NCBI GenBank assembly: GCA_013265495.1 | Contig: MU058452.1 | Location: 1 to 64,000, forward strand | Length of the DNA stretch: 64,000 bases | Origin: Vicugna vicugna | Taxonomy: Eukaryota | Direction: 5' to 3' | In this document: positions 1-12,254 of the stretch, in pieces | Position numbering within the stretch: the stretch's first letter is position 1 | Layout of the letters: each line of letters opens with the position of its first letter | The notes under the pieces: model-generated | Database searches by the model: none | Told to the model about the DNA's origin: nothing | The model's input: only the letters and a program-made list of their open reading frames with translations | Program-made: the position numbers and the translations under genes

Positions 1-170
1 AGTTTCCCTTGATTACAAGGACGCCCGCTCAAAGGTGTGTTTGTAACAGTAGCTATATTTCCATGTTCAAGAAGTAGCAAGTTGGCAACATCAGATGTTT
101 TGTTCCTACCTATTTAGCGGAACTTAACATTGAATGTCATTACAAAGTTGGAGTTCTACTGTTTCAGAGT

Positions 171-197
171 AACAATAACAACAACAACAACAAAAAA
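171..197. repeat. (AAC)n microsatellite
   Basis: aacaataacaacaacaacaacaaaaaa. Confidence 0.9.
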
Positions 198-692
198 CCA
201 AATAACTCTTCAACGTAGAGAAGCCATTTTTTCAGCATGTTGATAGCTAGGTCTACAGATTCACATTCCCTCCTGCTGCTGACTTTTGGATCCTTTCACT
301 GTTCTTGGCATCTTTATCACAGTGCAAGCAGTCCTGAGGGCCAGCCATCCATTTTGGTCTTTTTTCGAAAGCATCACTGGTAAAATTACTTGTTAATGAA
401 GATATTGACGCACAACAAACAAGAACCTGGTTCGAGGAGAACACGTCCTTCCGGATCTGATAGGAACAGGTGAATCCTGGGCTCTGATCTCAAGCATCAG
501 TGTCACACGAGACACAGAGGTGTGGGCAAGGTCTGTGCGGGGTCCTGGGGATCTGCATTCTCGCCAAGTACCAAAGCACTGCTCATGTGAGTGTCTCTGG
601 GTCCCATATAAATCCCGGGTGCATTTGTTAAACAAGCTAATTATGTGAATGAAGCATATCTATTTAGCTGTGCTGCAGTTGGGTGATTCTGC

Positions 693-725
693 CATATATA
701 CATACATATATATATATATATATAT
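693..725. repeat. (TA)n microsatellite
   Basis: Imperfect TA run seen directly. Confidence 0.9.
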
Positions 726-769
726 TTGGTGAAATTGTGTAGCCATGGACATTTCAGGGCCAGAATGCT

Positions 770-978
770 AGGTCAGGACCTTGGCTTTGTTACTCACCTG
801 TATGTCCTCCCAGGAATGTTACCCACCCTCCTTTTTTGACCCAGTTTCCTCAACTGCCAGGGTGGGATGATAGCAATTACTACCTCTCAAAACGTCGAGA
901 GGATTCAATGTGTTAACACGTGTAAAGCACTTGGGGATATATTTAGCACATCACACATATCATGTAAGTGTTAGCTCT
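770..978 (+). mobile_element. MIR SINE
   Basis: MIR core-like cagtttcctcaactg, then aggattcaatgtgttaacacgtgtaaagcactt and 3' taagtgttagct. Confidence 0.8.
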
Positions 979-1328
979 GACCCTGGTGATTTCAAGTCTT
1001 CAAAATGAACCTCCTTCCCCTCTGTCCTGAGGTCACACTGCATTTTGTCCTACTGTTTCCAACAGAACGAAATGCTCATATCTGCTTGGGAGTGAGGGCA
1101 GGTGTGAGTATTTAAAGACACTGATGACTTCTGCTCTCTCAGGGAAATCCTCTCCATTAAAAGAGCCAGAAGACTGCATTATGAATTTATAAATTCACAG
1201 AAAGTAAAGACAGGGAGGGAGGTCGATCCCAAAGGACACATTATCAGAATCGGGCTCCAGATGGAGAATTTATGTGATTCGATGTAAGTTTAAATTTAGA
1301 GATGATTTACTCCAAAGCTTAAGAGAAG

Positions 1329-1409
1329 AGGAAGGGAAAATGTTGGCCTTGGCTAGTTAAATAAATGTAGGAAGGGAAAATGTTGGCCTTGGCTAGTTAA
1401 ATAAATGTA
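1329..1409. repeat. Perfect 40-bp tandem duplication
   Basis: aggaagggaaaatgttggccttggctagttaaataaatgt occurs twice (1329-1368, 1369-1408). Confidence 0.97.
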
Positions 1410-2098
1410 AGGAGGCTTCCCTGTTTCTAAAACTTAAGTGTGAGTAACTTACATTATTCACAGACTTTGTCCTTGATCTCAGCCAGGTTTCTGACTCCTC
1501 GCCTTAACTGCTCTCTTTTAATATTTCTTTTTAGAAGTCTTTATTATGAGACGACTGCTTTTTAATAGGATGACAAGGAGCCCGTGTAAGAAGAAACAGG
1601 GTGTAGGGGACCCCTAGACTGCAGGTGTCTGGTGTCTTGTGGATCTCAGCGGTGCTCCCTCTGCCCTACCACGCTGTCTCCTCTTCCTTCCTCTCCCTCC
1701 TCCATTTCTCTTCCCACCCATCCCTTTTTCTTTTATTGATTTGGACCATCATAAACTGGAGCTGCCATTCACTTTTTTTTTTAATCCAATAAAAAAAAAT
1801 GTTGCATAGAATTTCCGTCATCAGTGTCAGTGAATACCAGAATGGATAGTTGGAAAACGCTAATTTTAATGAGACACTTCTAAATCAGAGGCTCTATTCA
1901 ACCTTGTTTTGCCATTTTATTATCTTACTGTGACTTGAGTCTCGCCCAAGAAGCACAGGCAAGGTTTAAAAATCATCATGCTAAATAAATTCACAATCTT
2001 TTCATGGGAATAGAGGTGATACAATCAGGGCCTGGTGACCCTAAATTTGCTAATTTAAAGACAGGATTCCTAATCTGGTTACTAATTTTCCTTACCTC

Positions 2099-2294
2099 CA
2101 GGGGGATGCTGGTAAACGTTTAACAATTGCCTCTTTGGAAACAAAGCCCTTTTTGTGGTGTTGGCTGATTTACATAATACTCTGACTAGAGCCCAGTTTT
2201 GAGTTACCAATGTGACTCCACTGGACGCAGAGCTAAGAAGACAGTTGCACATGGGTTCTTGAAACCTGTTCAGGAAGGATCCTGCACAGCTCTG
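2099..2294 (-). mobile_element. MER63A-like hAT-Blackjack MITE
   Basis: tgctggtaaacgtttaacaa...taccaatgtgactccactggacgcagag...cctgcacagctctg is colinear with the reverse complement of MER63A as I recall it. Confidence 0.7.
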
Positions 2295-3523
2295 CTCACA
2301 TCCCAGAAAAGATTACAGAGAGGCCAACCGAAGGGGAAGTCCCAGAACTGGCATAGAGATGGAACCTCGATGGCTTGCCTATGCTGAGGTGAGGGACACC
2401 ATTCACACAGGCAGGTTGGGGGTCAACCACCACGTCTGCCTAACCCTTGGTAATCTCCCCAGCATTCGCTGCTATGTGCGGGCAGTCTCCAGAGTCACTG
2501 AGAGTTACACAGTCATGACCGGGGCAGTGTTGACAGGTCTGGGAACCCTAAGAAGGGGACCCTAAAGAGGGAGGAGCCCCACTTTCTAAGGACAGGGGTG
2601 TCGTCTGCGCGGTGGGGTGAGAGCGGCTTTTAGGTAACAGATGGCTGGCACCGTGTGATGCTGTATACTTAGTAAAGCACCCCATACAGGGGCAGTGAGA
2701 GCTCAGATCCAGCCCTCCCTCAGTGCCTGAGTTCACACCGTGGCAAGAGGTGGTGTCTCCTGGAAGTGTTCTTCAAGGCTTGAGGCCGGCGAGGCCCTGC
2801 CCAGGAATAACTTGGAGGGGAGGAGTATTTTCTAGGGGGGCAGGTAGATATTTCTGAGGCTCTGTATCAACTAGGCAAGGTTTTGAACTTGAATAAAATT
2901 GGAGTTAATATTACTTCACTGTGCCTACAAGTTGCTGGGGCATTAACTACTTAATTATATAAGATATACGTACATATCCACACACGTATATGCATGTGCA
3001 TGTGGATGCACATACACATATTTAAATGGTGACGCTGTGTCTTAAGTTTAACCACGCCCTTCCTTTTCCCTCTTCCTCAGTGTGTGATTTCCCACTTAGC
3101 TCCCACAACCACCACCACCTCTCTTTCCCAGCATTCTCAGGGAGGATTGAGATTATTCTAATGGGACAGTGAGAAAAAAAAAAAAAGAGGGATATTATAT
3201 TCAGCTTTTAACCACAGGCATAGGGACACTATATTCAGCTTTCAACAACAGATACTGGATTTTGTTGCATCTGCCACAAGTTTGTCTTTGTTGGAGAAAA
3301 GAACAATTTCTAAATTCCTTTAAATTCTTGTTAATCGATTTGGAGTCAAGCTCAGGAGATCAGCTGGTTCTTCCAGGGGAATCCGCCTACTTCTGTCAAA
3401 AAGGCTGAGCCATGAGGCTTAGCATTCCTCAGTTAGGGAGGCCTTTGCAAGTCAGACAAGAGGAAAAGGAATTCTGCTTTTAGCCTGGGTAGATTGTGGG
3501 AGGGAGGGTGGAGGTTGAGAAGA

Positions 3524-4045
3524 TGTGTCAGGATTAGGCTCCATTCTGATAGGAAATCTAAACAGGGGTTAAAACAAGGCAGACATGTATTTCTCTCTTG
3601 TCTGGGATGCAGTGAATGTGAGATCAGGTGGCTAGACAAAAGGACAATAAATTATAACAAGAGTCCCCCTTCATCGTCACCATGTGGAAGATAGCTTATT
3701 CAATGAGTCATAAACTCATGAACAGAAAGGGCAAGTCAAGGATGGGATGGCATCCACAATAAAAGGGGCTCAGGCTTCACCTTTCTTTTTACTCTACCAT
3801 GATCCCCATTCCAAGGCTGCCTCATGGCCCAAGAAGGATGCTCTAGCTCTGTCTACCTCCTCTGCATCCCATTTAGTAAAGACAGAAAGAGATAAAGAAG
3901 ACCACACTCCCTAACTTTAAGGATACTTTCTCAAATTTGACCATTTCATTAGCCAGAACTTGGTCATTTGACCACCAAGATGCAAGGGAAAGTGGAAAAT
4001 GTACCTGTTATTCAGGGAAGACATGTGCAGAGATAAGATTCTGGT
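3524..4045 (-). mobile_element. MLT1J-like MaLR LTR, interrupted by an insertion at 3603-3728
   Basis: tgtgtcaggattaggct...tatttctctct [insert] ggcaagtcaagg...ctcatggcccaaga...cattagccagaacttggtca...tgcaagggaaagtggaaaatgta. Confidence 0.7.
3603..3728 (+). repeat. 126-bp dispersed duplicate, copy 1 (partner 6458-6583)
   Basis: Ungapped alignment, 10 mismatches in 126 nt by hand count. Confidence 0.95.
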
Positions 4046-6457
4046 GAACCAACAGCGAGGGGAAAAAGTGGCATGAACAGATCTGGAGGTGTGTTAGAAA
4101 TGATCAGAGATGTTTAGGGGAGTCAAGGACAGGGGACATTGTCCACTTTCTTGGCGTGGTCTCACTCCCATTAGAAAGGCCCCGTTGGTGTTGGAGCCAG
4201 ATGGTGGCATCTGGGTTGGAAAGATGTACCTGAGTTTTCACTACTTTCACGCTCAGCAGGAAGTCCGTGGCTCCCAGAATTTCCCACAACCTTCCATGAG
4301 GAGATGTGGACGTGTTGAGTTGGGCTGTGAGCTAGCAGAAGTCCAGAGTTGGGATAAAGATGCCACAGCTCACGGATCCTTTGAGACCGGAGGCCTGACA
4401 GATGAATAGGTGAAAAGGAGTGCTTGTCTCAGCATGGACAGAACTGCCAATTCCCATCAGACTCCAAGTGTAACCAGAGTCCCTGTGTGATTCAGATCCA
4501 CCGCCTTCTCACTGCTCTGAGGACACAGAGAGCCTCTTTATACACAGATACCATCTCAGGGAGGAGCAGGGAGGAGGGGAGGAAACCCCCAAAGACTGAG
4601 CATTTATCTGAGAAAAGCTTGGTTACCAGAAAGTGATGACTTCAACTGGTGATGACTCTCACTCTGAAACTTGGCAAGGTAACTGTTTTTACCTTCTTAT
4701 GTGACCCAGTGGTGGGTGTGTGTGCGGGAGGAAAGTGTCAGGGGAAAGAAAGGCTCTTGGGAAGGCTTAGATGAATTATGGCAGATAAAGAAAGCAATAT
4801 TTTCGTTAATCATTTGAGAAATAGTGTAACTGACTGGCCTATCTTGTGTATGGACATAAAACAAAATTTGTAAGTCTGTAGTCATTTACTTTTGAGTTCA
4901 CTCTCCTAAGAGTGCAAAATCAGTGAAAATTCAAATTCAAATGATTTGAGATTTTAGATTTAGTGTATAAATGTGGCATTTAACTGTGTATCAGCCTGAA
5001 GACTTGACCTTAGGGTTAGACCGTCTTATACAAAAGATGCTGTTAGCTTAGTGATAACTCTTTTAAAATTGAAACTCAGAAAGATTAAGTTGAATTGTCC
5101 AGGGAATTAACCTCCCACAGATCAGGTGCTTTCCAGTTATTCAGGCGTGTGAGATTCATGCAGATGCTCTCAGAACCTCTTTTGAAGCTCCGAATAAAAA
5201 CACACGCGTGGGAAGTTAGACATTTCAGTTACAAACATTCCTTTTCATCAACCAGAGTATTCAAATGCTCTTCTGATCTGGTGGTTTCTGAAGTGACCAA
5301 AAGAACTTGTTTTCTCCTTTCAGTGTTAAACCCAGACTCACTGACTCTGGACAGACAGTAATTATCTGGGGCTACTGCCCGTAATGTAGATAAAATCTGT
5401 GCGCATGTGGCATGCACGCATGTGCACATACACACATGCACACACAAAACCAATGAAGTGCTAATGCCATGCACACCATATTAACAGATGCAAAAAACTA
5501 GTCCAACAACTTGCTTAAGTTTTTCATTGGAACAAGTACTTCTCACCTTGAACACTATGGCTAAAAATTTGTCTGTTGACCTGGCAAAAAGTTGAGACCA
5601 CATTCTCCAGTTACCCCTAGATTTCTCGCTGACTAGCTGACACTTCGGTCTTAAATATTTGAAGGCACTGCCACCAAACTCCCGAGATTACCATATTGGG
5701 AGAGCTACAAAGGAAGATTGCTTTCCTCTGCTTTGTTGGTTCCCTTTGATTAAAAAATTATTTTTTATAAAGATATGATCTTTAATTAGAAAAGGATTTC
5801 TATCCGGTGCTTTTCGTCCTGTGCTTGGCACCGCTCACCCGGCTGGCTGCCCTGCATGGCTTGGTGTTGACACAGACTGGCAGCGTGAACCTTAAACTGT
5901 TGTAAACACCTGTGAAATGTGGCCGTCCTCCCGTGGTCAGTGATGAAGCCTTGACATCGTGACTCTTGTCATCTGATAAGCTAGGGTCAGGAGTCACTTG
6001 ATTGCTTTGCTTTTTCTTTGGCTGTCAAAGAGCCAAAAGCTTTCAATGTTTTTAATAAGCAAATTACCCAAATATGCACAGTCCTGTGGCACATATTAAC
6101 TCATCAGAGGGCAATGTGAAGCTGTGGGGGAGGCCCTTGAAAGGTCAGGGGCTGTTCACCTGGTGTGATGTAACCATGAGACCCAGTTCTGGTGAGAACC
6201 ATCTAGGTGTCTGAGATTGATTTGGGAGAGCCGGCAACAGGGAGCGGGGTCCTTTATAGCAAGGAATCACAGAGCACAATTTTAAGTGAATGTTTAGGTC
6301 TTTTTTTCCCCAGCGCTGACAATGTTTGTACTCTACAGGGGAAAGTTATGGGTAAGACTTTGATTAAGGAAGAACATTTTTCTTACAGCAAAATGAGTTT
6401 CAGTGTTTCATAATGTCTTGGAGATTGAAGTAACCAGCTCTCCTTTGCGCCACTCTT

Positions 6458-6583
6458 TGGGATTCAATGAATGTGAGACCAGGTGGCTAGGCAAAAGGAC
6501 AATAAATTACAACAAGAGCTCCCCCTCATCGTCACCATGTGGAAGATGGCCTATTCAATGAGTCATAAACTCATGAACAGAAA
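6458..6583 (+). repeat. 126-bp dispersed duplicate, copy 2 (probable donor)
   Basis: Same orientation as copy 1, offset 2855 nt. Confidence 0.95.
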
Positions 6584-7727
6584 TGCCCGGGTAATGGGAA
6601 ATTTTAATTGATATTGATAAATCTTTATTCTCTTCCAGGTCTTTTTTATATAACTGAGGAAGAGGTGGGAGATGGTATGTGAAACAAATATTTCAACACC
6701 ATGGATGAAATACTGTGGGTAAACAAAGGGAGGGAAGCCTCTTGAATATAGGAGATTTTTCTCTGCTCTCCTGCTGCCTCTCCTTGTGTTTTCATCGATG
6801 CTTGAGATGAGATGGGGAAGCATCAGCCAGGGCATTTTGAGGGTTTTTGGAAATAGCTGTGTAATTCCAACCTTAACATTCTGCATTGATGTAGGACCCT
6901 TCAGGTATATAATCCCACAAGATTTCAGAGCAAATCACTGTGCTGACCATAGTATTTCTGAAACTGATCTAACCATACTTTGAGTTCTAAGTTAGGTGTT
7001 ACAAGGAAGCACATTGCCAGAAAGGATTCAGTCCATGCAGCTCAAAAGTCAAATTCTTCCTTCCAATCACAGATTCCACAATGTGTAATCCATGGATACT
7101 TCTCGGCTGAACCTTGCAGAGATTTCTCAACAAAATGAATGATGAGGCAGAAAAAAACGAAGTGTTAACAACCCAAGCCAGCCCAGGCTCTCTCTGTAGG
7201 AGGGAGGCAAGTATTTCCAAATGAACTGAATAGTCGGCTTTTTTTTTTCCTTCTACATGATTTGATTTCATTCTGGGGCAAGACAGTTTACAACAAAGAA
7301 TAGGCAAAAACAAAGTTGATTTTTAATCTATCCAGCACCGAGGGGTTGTCTCATTACCTAGAGGAGATGTTAATTTTTATCTCTTATTCAGTCTTTAACA
7401 TTCTGCCTTGACTCTGGGGAGTGGTGATGGTCCAAGTTCTAACACCGAATTCCTCTTGAAACTGTGGTTTCCATATAACTTACAAAATCCTCTCCCATCC
7501 TACTCCCAAATCAAACCAATCCAGAGTTTTTCTGACTTCAGTCTCCATTGACATACACGTGAGCTTGACAATAAAACTCCTTGGATAAATGTTGTGGAAA
7601 ATGGGTGCAGTTTTCATGTTTTACACTGTATTCTAGTTTCTGTGTCACCAAATTATGACTTGACATATATTCAGATATTCATTTTTTTTTTGCCTGTTCT
7701 TTAGGAGTCTATTGAAAAAGATCTCCC

Positions 7728-8061
7728 TAGTTGTACTGGGATACTATTGACATATAACATATGTAGGTTAAAGGCGTACAATGTGATTTAATACATGCAT
7801 ATATTGCAAAATGACCTACACAGTAAGATCAGCTAAGACCTCCATCCTCTCACACAATTACCTTTTTTGGTGGTAATAGCTTTTAAGATCTCCTCTGTTA
7901 ACAACTTTCAAGTATACAATTCAGTATTGTTAATTATAGAACCATGCTGTGCATTAGATGCCCAGAATTTATTCACTTTATAGCTGGAAGTTTGTACCTT
8001 TTGATCAACTTCTCCCCGTTTCTCCTGTCCCTCCCCCAGCCCCAGACAACCACCATCCTAC
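7728..8061 (-). mobile_element. L1MA9-like LINE-1 3' UTR fragment
   Basis: tttaagatctcctctgttaacaactttcaagtatacaat...atgctgtgcattagatgcccagaatttattc; homologous to 38376-39000. Confidence 0.8.
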
Positions 8062-8647
8062 AGATTCAATTCCACAAATAACGTAAGCACCTAAAAGTAT
8101 AGACTCATGGAAATTGGGTATAACCATGAGATAGAGCGACAAACCTGGGGTTTGACCTGGAGTTTCCTATTCCATGTGACCTTCTCTAATTGGCCTTGCA
8201 TAAATCATACTGAAAAGATATGTTTCTAAACTTTTTTTTCTCCTAGACTTACTCATCAAATATATTTTCCCCACAGGAATATCCAGTATCATCTAAGTGG
8301 ATAATTAACATTCAAGGTGCTAAGACCATGTCCACATGATGAAAAGTGTTTTGGAAAGGAATAAATGAGTGTATTGCTAATGAATTTCTTTTCCTTTACA
8401 CAAAGTCACTGAATTATGCTCTCCAGACAGCCCACTGTCCAATAATGCGTTGATAAATGGAGGAATAGACCATCACATTAAGACCATCATTGGCAATTTT
8501 CAAAGTCGGTATTCAGAATCAACAAGCTATGAACTTTCTCTCCCAATTAGAGGTATTAACCCACCCAACTGACTGGCAGTGATGTACTCAATTGGAGACA
8601 GAAAAACAAAAGACATGCTCTGTTCTCAAGCACCTTTAGACCAAGGA

Positions 8648-8871
8648 AGTGTTTTTCCAACGATTTTTGCCAAGACCCACGCTAAGAGACATATTTTATG
8701 TTGCAATAAATGCAAAAGTGGCCAATGTCATGTTCGCTTTGCTACCTGCAATGCACACAGATGTCTTCTTCTATCATATTCTCTATTTTGCTTTAAAAAT
8801 AAAGGCTGGTTGCAAACCACAACATGGATATCTCTAACAGGAGGATCTGACCCACAGTTTGCAAAAGAATG
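8648..8871. mobile_element. hAT-Charlie-type MITE (MER119-like)
   Basis: Ends agtgtttttccaac...gacccac and tgacccacagtttgcaaaagaatg resemble Charlie-type terminal inverted repeats. Confidence 0.5.
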
Positions 8872-9264
8872 ATTCAGTAGTTACAGTCAGTCTGTATTTT
8901 TGATGAATGCAGCAGATGGATATGGAGTTTTTAGGAAAATTTATATTCATAAACTAGATGGGCCAAAGACTACCCGAAGGACACAGTGTGTGACATTTGA
9001 TAGGGGCTTGATAAAGATTTGATGAAATAATGGACAGAACATAGTAGAAAAGAAGAATGTATCATGGATATATCATAGCAGAGGAGCCAAGCAATTAGAA
9101 GAGGGATCAAACCCACCCACGTAGCAATGAACATTGAAGATCTTCCTCATCAACTTAGAATTACCTTTTACCCATGTAGTGGGATAATTCTGCAGGCAGG
9201 CATTCTGACATTCCACTGGAAAAGGGCTAGAAGCAAGTGGGAAGGCTTCAAGGGAACAATAATA

Positions 9265-9415
9265 ATTTTTCTCTTTAATTTTAATTTTTTAATTTTTTGG
9301 GTGGTGAGGCAATTAGGTTTACTTTTATTTATCCCTTGAACAGAGGTACTGGGACTTGAACTCAGGACCTTGTGCATGCTAAGCATGCGTTCTACCACTG
9401 AGCTATATTCTCCCC
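9265..9415 (-). mobile_element. Camelid tRNA-derived SINE (Vic-1-like)
   Basis: Minus strand reads ggggagaatatagctcagtggtagaacgcatgcttagcatgcacaaggtcctgagttcaagtcccagtacctc (A and B boxes, tRNA-Ala-like), followed by an A-rich tail. Confidence 0.85.
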
Positions 9416-12094
9416 TCTAACCTTTATAATGCCAAGAGAGAGCTTCAAACATTGGAAGGACGGTGCACAGTGAACACTTCCCAACATATGGGGAGTTTCT
9501 CATGCATGAAATTTCCTTCCAGAGAACTGGTAGACCCACTTCAAGCCCACTTTTGGTGACATTTTCTTTGGCTTTGTCAAACCTTTAGACTTTTCTATGA
9601 TCATGTCCTAAGAACACATTTTGTATTAAAAAATAAAGCTAGTATGTACTTCTTTATTCTTGTCACAAAGAAACATCATCAGTGAAGAAATATTACAAAA
9701 GTAAAGTCAATGAAAAGAAAATATGAACCAGGGAAATGTAATTCTAACATCCACAGGGACCTTGTCTAACATTTTGGAGAACATGCATAAATGTCGTCCA
9801 TGTATATTTTGAAGAAATATTGAATTATATCGAGGTATGGGAGTGTAATCTACTTTTTTTATTTAGATAGAGCATGAATATCTTTCCATGCCATCTATGT
9901 TCTAATAATTAAAGTAAATATAGTTAGTATTTTATTTTATGGCAGACTGTATTTTATTTAACTAATTCTCTATTTTGGAATTTAGGTTAGTGTTAAATTT
10001 CACAACTTTATATTCTTATAATCAATGGAGATCATATTACCGTATATAAATACATGTGTTGTGCACCTTAAATTTGCCAAATGTTGTATGTTTAATATAT
10101 TTCAGTAAGAAAACCCACATATATTAATGATACAAGAATAAAGTATTTTGAGCAAGTGAGGTTAGTTTTCGAAGTCTACTGGTTTGACCATGTTGCCTGG
10201 ATAATTCAGACGGTAAGATGATGGAACACCTGATTATTTCAGTCAATGGGAAGAAACAACTGGTCAATGCAGGGCACAATGTTATCTTTTTCTCCCCCTC
10301 TTAGATGGGAAGACGCATTAAATTCTTAGGATAGCTCACAATCTCATGCTGCCTTATGTGAGACAGAAAGTGCTAACTGACAGAAGACACAGGTCAACAG
10401 CAGGCTTTCATTTCTCAGATGCCATACGAGAAAGAATTCCTTGCATTAATTTTCTCAGTTCAGTCTAGAGTTCTCTGTTAATTTCTCAAGGAAGTCAGGT
10501 TAGGGGCTAAACTCATTGGCCCTTCTAACATCCCCAGTGATGAATGGTTAGATGCCATGTTTGTCAAGACATAAAGAAATGTAATATTGCCTGTAGTCGA
10601 AGGGCCATACAAATTTGGTGGATGGAATTGAAGATCACATTGTATTTCAGGGTCTTTATGGCATCATTTGTGGGCAAGAGTAAACTAATGGAGCCGCATA
10701 GTGAGTGGAACTACTGGTCACTATTTATTTCATAAAATTAGCATCCAAACATGCTGGATTTTTCACCCTTCAGCCATCCATGCCATCATTTTCAAGACAG
10801 ACTTATTTGATTTTTAAAAAATGGTAGGTGGGACTTAGGAAAAGGGAAGTGGAAAAGTGTATAATCCAAGATTGTGTGTGAACGTGTATAGATGTCCCCA
10901 AAGAACAGGTTTACATCGACCCCATCTGTTTAGATGCGAATCTATACATAGTACAGATCTGATTATAGTCACACTGAGGAGAAAAAAAGTCAAGGCGGCA
11001 CCAGCTGTTTGATTTGTGGCCACCATTATTTTCACATTAGCACCTGTTGAGTTGGAGGTATTAACGCCAGTCAATTTTGCCTGTGCATCTATTTAGTGGA
11101 GTGTTCTTAAAAGCGACCATGGTAAGGTGAAGAGTCTGTTAGTGGATCACGATGTATTTGAAAAATTACGGAAAGTTGTCCTCACTCAAGGTTTTTAATA
11201 AATAAATGAAATAAACTGGGGGAGAGGGGGTGCCTAAAAGGACCTCAGGACAACTTTAGGATGAAGGTTTTCAGCAAGGCTGATTTCCCACATTCTGATT
11301 TCTGTGACCACCGGAGCTGAGCCTAAGCGTTGGTCCTGGGTGTGACCTCATGGCCACATAGACTCACGGAAAGAGAAGGCGTTGCATTTAAGAGACTTCA
11401 TCACGCTTTTGCTTTTTAAAGTGCAACAACCCCAGAGAAGTTAGCTTGCTCTTTTTTGGCTTGGATTGGAGTTTATAGGAGGTTGTCAGTTCTTGAAATT
11501 TGTATTTAAGAATTTAGGAAAAGTTCTATTTATCACTTGTATTTCTGTAGCCAATGAGTGGATGACTTGAGATGATTATTTACAATGTTTCCAACACAAC
11601 AAAAATGAGAATTTCGTTAGATATAGGTGACTATGGAATAATGATTGTGGAAATAATCAAGTTGATATCTTAGCTAAGTCATTTCCCTCAACTTCTGTCT
11701 CCTCATTAATAATGTTCATATGACACTTTAGATCAAAATGCTTTTGACTGTCTCTGAATTAGGTATTAAGGGAAAGATGCAGAAAAGAAATTTCCTTTCC
11801 GGATTGTTATTTTCCTGGCTCTCATGCAGGCACTATCAGAGTTTTTTTGTACTACAATAATTTTAAAGACACATGTAATAGTTATAATAGTCTTTGATAA
11901 CCAGAATGATTTTTTAAAAGTAGTGTTTAAAATACTTCCAAATAAGTAGAAAAACTTCCCCCATTACAAGATGAAAAATTAAACCATTTTATTTTCCATC
12001 CATCCTTGGGTTTTTGACCTTCTACTGCAGTGGAGTTTAGCACCCTGCCTCAGCTTCTTTGTTTAAAGCATCTTAGCCACACCTGACAGCTTTA

Positions 12095-12254
12095 CAGCCG
12101 GAGCATCAGAACCAGCTGGAGGGCTTATTAAAACTTGGGTTGCTGGGCTCACCCCAGAGTTCCAGTTCAGCAGCTTTGGGGCCAACTGAGAATCTGCATT
12201 TCTGATCAGATCTCGGGTGATACTGAAGCTGGAACCACACTTTGAGAACCACTC
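12095..12254. mobile_element. MER5A-like hAT-Charlie MITE
   Basis: gcatcagaaccagctggagggcttattaaaac...gagaatctgcatttct...accacactttgagaaccact. Confidence 0.85.

Noticed and set aside
253..459. Possible minus-strand terminal exon (cctgttcctatcag|ATCCGG..., IRKDVFSSNQ...GNVNL*; another frame gives PEGRVLLEPGSCLLCVNIFINK*)
   Set aside because: No recognisable protein in any frame and only a moderate acceptor. The NIFIN resemblance to CR1 RT does not extend. Needs BLASTX or RNA-seq.
6563..7313. Two minus-strand ORFs over 100 aa with an acceptor-like site near 7195
   Set aside because: Interrupted by stops, with no recognisable domain or parent gene.
9340..9415. tRNA-Ala-like sequence
   Set aside because: It is the head of a SINE with an A-rich tail (second copy at 46531-46647), not a tRNA gene.
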